From: Phoronis australis
Lineage: Eukaryota > Animalia > Phoronida
Assembly (NCBI GenBank): GCA_002633005.1
Contig: NMRA01001237.1
Location: forward strand, 1-36,977
Direction: 5' to 3'
DNA: 36,977 nucleotides
The notes beneath the pieces were generated by a model. The model worked only from the letters and a program-made list of their open reading frames with translations, made no database searches and was not told the origin of the DNA. The position numbers and the translations under genes are program-made. The number at the start of each line of letters is the position of its first letter. The stretch's first letter is position 1. Positions 24,601 to 36,600 of the stretch are shown here, one piece after another.

Positions 24601-27600
24601 AGATATCAGTGATGGATCGCTTGTCATTGTAAAGGTACGGTAGGCTATAAAGTTGAATCTGTAATAGCCGTAGCTCGACGTTGTCACCCAAATGACTCAG
24701 TTTTGATGTATATCACGTATCGTTACCAAGCTGGCTCAGAATTTATTTCTATGCTTTTAAGGGATCAAAAGCGATTTTTAACATTTTTTTTTGTACCTGG
24801 TGAACGATCTGACTGTTCTTCCCATGGCAGAAAGCACCTTTACTTCAAGTAAGAAACAAGTTGCATTGAGCCGGGTTTGAAGCAGGCGACAGCCCACTTA
24901 AAGGGATACCAAACTTGGTTTGGCCTAAAAACATATATGGAAAACTTCATCCATTTCTACGAAACAATGCCGGGCTCTGTAAAACTCAGCAACCCTCAAA
25001 AGTTTGGAGGAAAATCTGAAAAGTCTTCTAAACAGGTAAACCTGATTTATATTAATACGAGATACACCACAACTGTAGACATACTATCCAATCTGTGACA
25101 CTTTTATTTAAATCCTGGTTTTATTACTTAAGCGGGACGACAATTATTGCATTAATTAGCAGGTGAGATCATGATCTGTTGGCAACACGGGAGTGTAAAA
25201 GCAACGCTTCGCCCACAACAGCTACATGTACGAACCAGTAATTGAGATACTATGTATTACCTGGACGAGAGCTAATTTAAGTGTAAATCTCAGAAAGGCA
25301 ACTAAATACGAAATGGACTCCCTGTTTGTCTACCTGAAAGCATAAATAGCTTGCTGAAAAAAGTTATATGTATCACGTGAAACTTTGTTGCTACAGACCG
25401 AGGTTTATTGTGAAAAACATTTCATATGTTCACAAGTGCATGGGGGTCCAGCATCCGAGAGTCTGTCATCGCTGCTGTATCTTCTAAACTCCTTGCATGA
25501 TCCTAATAGAATTAGAAGACAAATTTCTGACCAATCCATCTATCACTATGGTAATCTTCAATTTTTTTACGTTTGCTTCGTATCATGATCTTCGGAGTTC
25601 CTTGATAGATTTTCCGTAAATTTCACTAGGTTTTTATTTACAACATCTTTCTACTTTGGACGGATTTGACGTATTCTGCGTCACCTACTGGACATTAAAA
25701 ATCGATTCAGTTTCGGTTTTTGCCTCTCTATCCGTCAAACAGTTCGAAGTTTCATTGTGAAAACTCAATGAGAAAACCACAGATGACTGAAGTTGATTTT
25801 CGGACGGGTTCAACTAATATGGCCCTCTCTAGTGACGATTTTGTTGTTTTACGTGTACGATTGTATCTTCTTAACCAAGTGCAAGATCTTTGTAAAATTT
25901 GGCGGATGTGTTTTTGTGACGGTGGCAACAAATGTCAACAAATTGTAGACCAATCCGACTATCGCTGAGTACCCTAGTGGTAATTTTAATTTTAGTTTAG
26001 TTCATAGATGGATTTTCGTCGAATTTCAGGCGACTGGGTTTCTATTAAGGGAAAGATAATGCCGATCCGTTTTTGTTTGGATTCGATTGATTTTGCGCAT
26101 CTAATGTCCGCTTTTATTTTTCGATTCCTTCCTCTTTATCTACCAAACCGCTCAAAAGATCATCTAAAGAACTTGATGTTTCTGACGAAAAAACTGTTGG
26201 TGACATTGATTCTTGGACGAGTGTGACAGCTGTGGCGTCCTGCTGCGATCACAGCGGTTTCTATCTTTAATCCACGCAAGTCATCTGACAACGGCTGCCA
26301 ACAACTAGCGGACAGCTCTGTCAACCAATGTACCAATTAGTTGCAATTCAGTTTTACGTTTACCTCTTGTTGTATCTTCAGTTATTTGGCATGTTTTCAT
26401 GAGATCTGGCAAATAAGTTTCTATTATAAAGACGACACCACTATTCCATTTTTGAGATAGACTCAACGAATTCTGCGCCACTTTGTGGTCATCATTTTTA
26501 ATACATTCGAGTCGTGTGCCTCTGTATACGCCAAACCGCTCCGAGGATCATTACGAAAATTGCCATTGCGTGTAACCCTACTGACAAGACCGCAACTGGA
26601 TTTTCACATGAGTTTATCTACTAGTGACAGTGTCTTTTCTTCGGCTCTCGAGATTTCTCTCTCCTAATTCCCCTAGCAAAATTTGGCGAGTGCATTCCAA
26701 TTAACATGACAATGGTCATTTGTTTTTTTTCCATCTTTTGAATTCAGTGACCGATTTCCATGAAACTTAGCCAAATGATTTTCTTTGCTGGGGACGAATA
26801 TTCCTTCCCATTTCAGACGACTTTCTTCGTATTGTGTGCCATTCAACTGACATTGTGTGGCACCAATAAACGCCCTTAGAAACACACCCTTTGAGGTGTA
26901 ATCGTGGGCGTGTTTAAACGTTCCGTGTTGCTCTCATATCGTTTTCCCATCCTTTGTTTTCTCCTACAAATAACACTGGCTTTAGAGTATCAAACGGGAA
27001 ATATTTTCCTTTCAGACATCGACCGGTGGTGATAATGTATATTGTCCAACTTTGGTCGACAGCTTGTGTGAGTATTACAACTACAGCATCAAACTAAACC
27101 ATCTTATAGCCGAAAACAAGCACAGAGGAAACCATAACAGAGACTACTATTTCACGCTGACAAGCAGAAATAAGGCGTTACTCTCAAATTCACCTTTAAT
27201 TGTAAAGATATTGGTCGATACATCACCACCAACCACAGGGGTAGTTCGTGACGGACCAGGCGGTTCCCATCACGATGTGCAACATCAAAGTACGCTGACT
27301 CTTTCCGGAAACTGGCATGGCTTCTTCGATCACGAAAGCGGCGTTCGCTTCTATCGCTTCGTTTTTGGAGAAAATTGTATGTCAAAGCAGAATGTAACTC
27401 TGTTTGGTAGAAGCACGACGGCGAATTTTGCAACGGATGTTGTAACAAAAGACGGGAAATATTACCTTAGCGTAGTGGCATACAATGGTGCCCATGAGCC
27501 CTCCGAAGCTGCTTGCTCCAATGGCGTAATCGTAGATAGAACAATTCCCAAGTTTAAAAACATCCAGTTTGACGGACTTCGTGTCCACGGAGGCATTACA

Positions 27601-30600
27601 TGCTCCTTTGACCCTGAGCTGAAAGTGTGGCACGTTAACAGTTATTATACCCGAGTCCAGCTCCACCCGACAGATGAATGTAAGTCGCTGTGTTCATCAA
27701 CCCAAAGTGTGGATACTCTTCGTATACCAGAACTGAAACCTGCCAATAACTCTGATGGAGCCATCAACGCAAGTGAAAGTGATGCTATTTGCAAAAAGGG
27801 GAATATTTTCAAGGAGTCTTTCCCTAAGTACATCACGACTGATCACGTACGACTGCGTTGGGATTCTGTTAGCGGGTCTCCAATAGAAGACTACAAGATT
27901 GGATTTTCTAGAGCTGATCTAGAGACAACGCATGGTGCACCGTTTTACAGCAAAATCTATTCTGGCTTTGGACAAGGTGATTCGTTCTACCTCTGGATGC
28001 AAATTATCTCCAAATCTGGAACACAGTCGAAGATAACTCTGGGGCCAATATTCGTCGATGAAACGCCACCACAATTTTCTGGAACTCTTAGTGTGAACGT
28101 GGGAAGTAAGAGAGAGGACCCTATAACAATTTCATGGTCAGCTGGTGCAATTTATGACGAAGAATATTCCAACGGAATTGACAAATATCAATATGCCGTA
28201 GGTAAGTGACACATTACTCGAGTGTAACAACTCTTGGAAGGCCCGGATGTTTCAACCAGTCTCTGTTACTTGTAACAAAGATGTCGCCTGTCATTTTCTG
28301 CTTTCCTGATTGCATGTTCTTGTTTTTTGAAGTAAATATCGTCATCTGAGCGAATCTGTGCGATAACTGAAAAATATGTTACATCGTCATTTCCCTAAGT
28401 ATTGCGGTAGATGCCCTAACTGGGTTACCGTAAGTGAATCTCAAATTTCATCATTGTAGCGAAAGTAATAGCTTGTAATTTGTAAGTAGATCTGTACGTG
28501 GTAAAGTGAAATAGAAATTATTGTCCATTGAATCTATATGCAACGCCATCTTTGAACGCTACTTTTTTGATTCATGAGATTCGATGGAACCATTTGTTTC
28601 GGTTCTTTAATGCTGAGAGGAAGTTCTCCTAGTTACACACCAGAATACCAAAGACTTCCGCTTGAACCAGGTAACGAGAACTTTAAAAACTTTTTCGAAA
28701 TTGCTGAGGATTGGCAAGATAGCTCAAAAAGTGTAAAGTAATACCATCATTTAATTCCAGGTGACGAGTTCACCATCCATTCCGCTTCACCATTTCAAGC
28801 TTTTGTACCTCAAAGTTGTGATCGAGGTACACAGTGTCTGCATGTAGAGAAAGGTCCCATTCAAAAGCATGACGCCGCGTTTGGGCGGAGTTACTCTATC
28901 AGCATCAAAGTGTTCAATCGCGCTGGCTTGAGTAGTGTGTTCACTACTTCCTTGTTTAATCTGACGTCAGGTATTCCACCGAGTGTGGGCGTGGTCTATG
29001 ACGTTGATGGCGATTCCAGTTACGGTTCTTTGGTTGACGATGATTTTATGAAGCCAGGCAAATTCTGTGTTCGGTGGTCCGGTTTCAGAAGTCAAGACGA
29101 GATCGAGTATGACGTTGGATTAGGCACTGCAAAAAATCTCACCGACGTTGTGAGCTACATATCAGCTACTCAGCTAGCTGTTGTGGGTAAAGATTATGTT
29201 TGTCTCACACTGCCTGACAGGAATCTGTCGAGAGTGTTTTCCACAGTGAAAGCGTCAGTGAAGCATGATTCTTCGAGTTTTGTCGTTGCTTCCTCAGACG
29301 GTGCGTATATTTTGAGAAGGAACATTCAAAAAGAGTCTTTGAAAATATTTGATGGTTTGGGCTGTAAACACGTCAGAGAATACGAAGATGCGCCCGGTTT
29401 TACATTAAATGGCTCAACTGGCTCAACGCACAGTCTTCGTTTTAAACAAGTCGAATATCTATCACCATTGTACACTGTAAAACTATCAAGCTCTGAAGAA
29501 TTGACTGCCGTGAAAATGACCCAGAAAGGAGCAGAACCCAGAAACGTGCAGAATGACTTTGACGGATCAAAGTATTTCGCTTACTATACGTTTGAGTGGC
29601 GGAATGACCCATTCACATTTGATGTAGTTGTGACTCAAGGGTCATCGCTTGTAATAACAACCGCTAGTCTGACGAAATGTAGCATTGACAATGATTATCA
29701 ATCTGCATCTAACTTTCTGTCCGGTTACTGGCGGTACTCTTCACCAATGAAAGGTTACGTTACTCACTACGAGTGTTCTGTTGCCGAAGATGTTTGCTCT
29801 TTGTCCGGCTGCACAATTAGCGGCATTTTGGTACAGCAGGCAACCGCCATGGACTTTTGTCAGTTTTCGAACATGACGCTCATTTCCGGAAATAGGTATA
29901 GGATACTTGTTCGACCATGTTTTCAGCACCATTGTCTGGAAGAATCGTCTTCAGACGGCGTCATTGTGGCACCTGCCTCCCCGACGAAGAATGACATTTC
30001 TGCTGAAATAGAATTCACTGGAAGCTCAGGAACGTATTCAACTGAAGTAGTGGTTAATTGGCAAAAGTTTCACGTGAAAAATGGCAACTTGCAACAGGAC
30101 ATTGATCTTTATGAATGGACTCTTTCGCGAAGCCACTTAGGGAAAGATCCCGGATTGCTTTGGAGAGGGGCGTACAACAAAACACATGTAAGTACACCTG
30201 GTGAATATTGTCCGTGAGAGCGCATTCTCAAAATAGTGTTTGATCGTTACTTTCACTGTGGTCTGATAACTCTACGCCTTACTCCCTCATACCAGACCGA
30301 CACATTCTTAACAAATACCGTGTTTTCCAAAAAGAGCCGCTTCGGGGCTCTTTTCAGAAACGATTTTGCATACACACAAAACCCCTAGGGAGCTCTTTTG
30401 GAAAAAAGTAGAAAGACTCATTTGGAAACTACGTACTGCAGGGTCTCCATTCAGCAACGAGTCTTAAAAGTTCTGCAGAGGTACTTGAAATTAAAAAATT
30501 CATGATGGTGGCGTCGGAGGCGGTGATTGATTTATTTCTACCTAGACTTTAACTTTGTTTGCCTTATAATTACCGTGGATAATATAGCAAAACAAACATT

Positions 30601-33600
30601 GTTTTGAAACCCAGCATTTATTAAAAAATTCTCCTTAATATGTACTGTTGGACATTGTGCTACTTTTTACGACAAAATGACTCAAATATATCTACGTTAT
30701 GAAGCTCGGGTTCAAATGAAACCTCTTCACGGCGAAATCTTCTCGGTCTCCTGTTGAGTGACAACTGAATACCTCCAGTGGCTAGTTTGCCATGTTAGTT
30801 ACCTGCACTGTCTAGTAGAGTAGAATCATCACTGGTCATGGATTTCAAACACCAGCCAGGATTCACATTATTGACCAGTTTACTTTTGTATGAATCGTCC
30901 GGCTAAGCCTCTACTGACATATCATTGGTCAAAATTAAAATACATTAACGATCATTTTAATTACCAAAATTGATAAAATAATGACACTCCCATACTTTGG
31001 TCTTGCCAGAAATGCAAAATGATCCCGAAAGATACCCTTAGGTATTTTTCATTCCCCGTATACGTTCCCATGTAGGCTTTATTTTGGTGAGGGCTCTCTG
31101 AGAAATCCGCGGTAGGCAAAGTATTATTGGTTGGAACGTATGAGATTGCAACTGTAGCTCTGTCCATTGGCCTCCTATACTCTATGTGTCAAAACGTAAG
31201 AGATTCATATCGGGAGTTTCGCAATGTTTGTCTTAATATATTTGTTGGTAGGATAAAGCAACGGTTGACTGGAAGAACCATCGTCTGCAGACGATGTACT
31301 TGTTAGTGAAAGGATATTCCCTTGCCAATGTGTATACAACCGCCGTCAAGAATTTGACATCACCAGAGCAGGTGACTACATTTGACACGGCAGTGCACGA
31401 CTTAACCAAAGAAGACATGGATAGCTTCAGTCCTATTGTACACACAAAGAACATACTTTCAAGTACGCTTTCTCGACTGCATATTGCTGAAGTGGACTTC
31501 ACAAACATCAGCACTACAGCGTATGCTGTGCTTGCTGCTCCGTTGTACGATACGTACACGTGGACCCTAACCACAGTGAACAATCCCGAGTTAAATTGTT
31601 CTGTCAGCCCACATTGTGTTGCCGTGGTAACAAACTCTAAAAACAACGTGGAGTTTGGGAAATTGAATCTGATCAACGGAGTTGAATATTTTTCTTGTGT
31701 GCGAACAAAAAATCTGACGAGATCGGTTGGAAATCAATTACAGCAACTTCCGGAGCTTAAGATGTGCAGTAATGGGTTTGTGATAGACACAACGCCCCCG
31801 GTGGCTGGTGTTGTCAGTGTCGTGAACAGTGAAAACCGGTTTGTGACCACCTACAATTATTTACATATTCGATGGACAGCGTTTGACGATCTACTTGGAA
31901 CTGAAGAACACAGATCGTCTGGTATCATGTCATATTATTATTCTGTGGGTAAGTATCCTCCAAGAGATTCTATTAGCATGGAATTGTCATTTTGTTCATT
32001 TGTGAGAATCACATGTGTGTAGTTTTCTCTTAAAGCTGCAACCAACTCCCTCTCGTTGAAAAATCAAATTTCAATTTGTCGTGATCAAAATGGTCTCAAC
32101 ATGGTCCTTTGCCAGATTAGAGGTAATTTAGAGACTACTTGAAAAGAGGTCAAAGTTCACTGCATTGGCAGGTCTAAAAAGTTGAATTGCCACGGCAATT
32201 GACCTGTTGCAAGCTCCGCCCCCTTGCGAAATGTCAATAAAAAAAAAACGTTTTACCCGGTAACGTGTTGTTCTTATAGTAAAATGGCAGCTTGGAAACG
32301 AAGGTCTGTCAAGAGTGCTGCGTTATAATAGGTCATTTAAATCGTCATTCAAAATCCTGGCGATTGGTCAATTCACGTTTTGTGCGTTGACCGTAGTCTT
32401 AAGTAGAGATGAGCTGTCAGTTCTTATCCAGTACAGGAAACACTTCTCACTTGAACATGGAGGTACTTCATAACGCTAATTAAATAGTCTACTATATCAG
32501 TAGATAATATTATGAATGGCGGATTCATAGCCTTCTGAGGGAGGGACTTGAAAGACATACACCACGGATTGACAAAGAAATCCACTTCCCTTCAAATTTG
32601 ATGTCTGCAAGTGATATTACGCGGGTCCCACCTATCATCTGCTGAAACTCCTGTGGACTCAGCCTCTCAGGTGAAAGTGAATACAAGTTATTTCGAATAA
32701 GCACATACAACGTACTGACTGGTAAGCGGTATTCAAATCAAGAGGTAATACTGTGCGATCATTTGAAATAAAGCAGTAGAGAAACACCAACCTCAGCATT
32801 ATTTATTGCTTAATTACAACCGTCACTGCACGTCTGTAATGTTTCAGGCACAGCGCCAGGATTTGACGATGTAGTTCCCAAAACTCCAACGCGGCTTCGC
32901 ACGGAAGTAATTATTGAACATGTGAAGTTGCAAAATGGCAAGGAGTACTTTGTGACAGTTTCTGGTAAGAACTATGAATCCTTGTCACAAACTCTTAACT
33001 AACAGCTCTTGCCCTCTCTTTAATCTAGACTTGCCGCTTTCCCGTTTCTATTAAATCAGTGAGTCTGTGATGAGTTTCTTGTTTATTTTGAGGTGGCCAC
33101 TTAACTTTTTTGCAAATCCACACAAAAGGTATTCTCATCAGAATGTCCTCGGATTAATTTGCAAATTCCAAAAAAATATTGTATTTGTTTAGCAAAGATA
33201 CGTTATCGGTGCATTTCGCTCTGTTTAGCTGGCTAACAACCTAAAATAGACTTTCACTCTTACAAAATTGGTTTCGTAACACGTCCTGTAACAAGATTCA
33301 AGTACGTTACCAATTCAAGTCACAGGCAACGCGATCACACCATTTTGGAAATGGCAATTTTAGTGTTGGACAATCCAATATACCCTGAAGCGCTTTCTTG
33401 AGTCACCGATGGTTTCGATTTTCATTTTGGTAACGATAAGGAATGCTATGAGACCTATTTTATGACCGTAAAATGTCCAGTGCGAAATGTAATTTCAACA
33501 TCATCTATCTTTTATGACCACTTGTTTATAGCTGAGGATCATGCAAGACACAGTACGTCCGCATCAGCCCCGCCATTTGTGGTCGACACCAGTCCTCCAG

Positions 33601-36600
33601 TAACGGGGAAACTGCTTGTTGGTTCAGCCTACGCAAACTATCAGCATCTCGCAAATCACATGCTTCAATTTCACTGGTCAAACTTTGAGGACACGGAGAG
33701 CGGTGTGATAAAATATGAGTTCGCATTGGGTTCTGAGGCACATCACTCGGACGTTATACCATTTTCGTCTGTTTTGTTGAACTATATTGACATTGACGGC
33801 GGGTTGTTGATCGATGGACATACTTATTATCCTCATATCAAGGTACGTTTTATTTGTAAGGGTGGACCCATGATTATGAGAGGGTCGAAAAATGGATAGG
33901 TACCCGGCAAAGGGGGCACTTTACTGCCCTCCTCGATTTTCCCCTAGCTTCTAAAACTATTTGCCAGCAGTAGAACATGAATTCACAGCGTCGTCACATT
34001 GTCTTTATTGAACGTAGATATGGTCTTTCTCTCGTACCACAATCATTAGATCCATTGGGTGTCAGTGTTCAGCAGTAAATATTTTGTTTATAGGTGACAA
34101 ATGGTGCCGGGCTTGCAACTGTTCTAATGAAGAAATTCGTGTACGACTCTTCCCCTCCGTCAGATGGTGTTGTACGTGACTGCGCCAATCTCACTTATTT
34201 GGCTGACATCGACTACCAGACAAGCACCACGCGGCTGTGTGCGTCGTGGGACGGGTTCCATGACACGCATTCGGGGATTGCAGACTATCGTATTGGATTT
34301 CACAAAGAGGGCGGCGTTCCTAATCTATCAAGCGTCGGTCGATTAACATGTGAGCATAACTTACGTGCTAATTCAAGGAATACATACATTTAGATAAAAC
34401 GAAAATGTTGGACCGTGGACCTTTCCTCCGAGTGCTCAGTTTACGCATGCATAAAACGACTGGTTGTGTGATATTCCTCTAATTAGTCGCCACGTTAATG
34501 ATTCATGGCGCGCATTCATACATGTATGTCAGAGTTAAGAACACCTCTGTAGGTCTGATTTTTAACGTTTTCGTGATAAAAGAAGTAGATTCTACAAAAA
34601 TTAGCTCATGTAAATTGTAACATTTTTCGTATGGATTTTTGCAATTCAAAATTGCTACAACTTTAGCATACATTTAAGGCACAGAAACGCCGAACATCGA
34701 CTTTGCAGAGCACGTGAGGTAAAAAACAAACAATTTGGTTCATTACAAACAATTTGAAACACCATCTCCTCTACGCTAAGTAATATGGCTTGTACGACCA
34801 AACACATTTTTTAAATATGATATAGCTAGAGTTGTAAGACAATGTTATGGTTAGCTTGTATTTGCAAACATTCGTGTTCGATATGATCACCTAACTCAGT
34901 TGGTCTTCACTTCACTTGAATCACGCTGCATAGAACAAAACAAAACAAAACAAAACAAAACAAAACTGTGCATTTGAAATTCTTTCACCGCCACTTTACT
35001 TTATATCGCAAGGAAACTCGGAGTAGAAACGGTCCTCATTCCATGATACCTTCAAAGAGAGTCGTCAAAAAAGAAACCCAAGTCTCATCGTCTTCCTAAT
35101 AAAGTCTTAAGGAAAAGCCTTTGAATGCAGAACTGCTTCTACTCGGCTATGCACACAATCCACTAACAATCACGGTTTTATTGTTTTAGCAATGATTTTA
35201 AGCGCCTCTCTCAGAATTGGTGAAAAATACGTAATCACGGTGGAAGGCTGTAATGGCGTCGGACTATGTACAAGAGCGTCGTCAGATGGTGTTTTTGTTG
35301 ACCCATCACCGCCATCTGCCGGCATTGTGATGATCGGCACAAGACCATTGGAGCACAAAAGATTTCAAGCTTCCAGGTAACAACATTGCATGGTGCAAAC
35401 ATCGACAATTACTTTTAATGCCCGTTACTTAAATATGTGTTTTGTCAACTTTTCAAGTTCACTGAATGCTTTGAGGCCCCAACAGTCATTATTACAAGGT
35501 GAAATATCGCTGTAAGTTACATATTCATTGTGTGTTTTTATAGGAAATACATCACCATGAGTTGGCTGGGGTTCAGCGATCTGCAGTCTGGTGTCGACAG
35601 CTATGACTGCGGGTGTATCGGCACAGCAGCAGGAGAGTGCGATCTACATCCATTTCAAGAGTGTCACGATGTCCACGTGCACGTACTTAGACTTAGAAAC
35701 AAACTCCCTTTAGGTGTACCCATATATGCAACTGTGAGAAGTTGGAACAAAGTCGGACTCAGTGTCGCCAAATCGTCGGCGCCTGTAATTGTGGATAATT
35801 CGCATCCTTTGGTTAAGAAAACTCCAAAATTCTCAAGCAACCCTCTATTGTCTAGATTTGATGATAGCCAGTTTGAAACAAATGTGCTTGCGCTGGAATG
35901 GGAATTTGTAGACACGAATAGCTCTCTCGTGCGACACATTGTCAGCGTAAGGTCACACTACGATGGTGACCATTCTGTTTACAAAGAACTTGTTAACGAG
36001 AAATCCCTTACAGTCACATTTCCACACGACAAAAGATTGACTGACGGGCACAGGTACTTTGCTTCATTAACTGCCTGTAATGAAGCAGGTCTGTGTACAT
36101 CCGCCAACACTACTGATGGCCTGTTGGTAGACTCTAGCCCACCACACGTTGGAGAGTTCAAGACCTTAACATGGACTCAAGAAGGGGGCAAATTTAAGAT
36201 AAATTTCCTACTGTCTGGTTTCGTGGATCCACATTCGGGAATTAAGAGTTTCCTAATCGGTGTTGGGTTCAATTATAGTTCACATGAGTTATCCGGTGGT
36301 TACGTGGCACTTGGCTACAGCAGTGTTCCTGGGACATCCGATCAACGTACTGAGCTTGTTTTGGACAATACACCTAATATTGGAGGTGAAGTTTTCGTCT
36401 CTGTAATTGCAGAAAATAACGTCGGTTTGCGCAGCCCCATTTTCAAAAAGTTTGCCAAGGTCGTCCAAACATCTAACGGTACAAATCCTCCGGCCGGCAT
36501 ACTGGTCATTGAAAGGCATTCTTGTCAAGTGCCATTTTGCAACAACGACTGTGCCTGTGCTCCAGTCGGAGGTGTTTGTGACGAACACTCCGTATCAGCA

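Noticed and set aside
23468-32022. Long ORFs (391, 385, 435, 242 aa) treated as separate genes or an operon
   Set aside because: Each is bounded by canonical splice sites, and the phases join them into one protein. Their listed starts are TTG/GTG or internal ATG codons.
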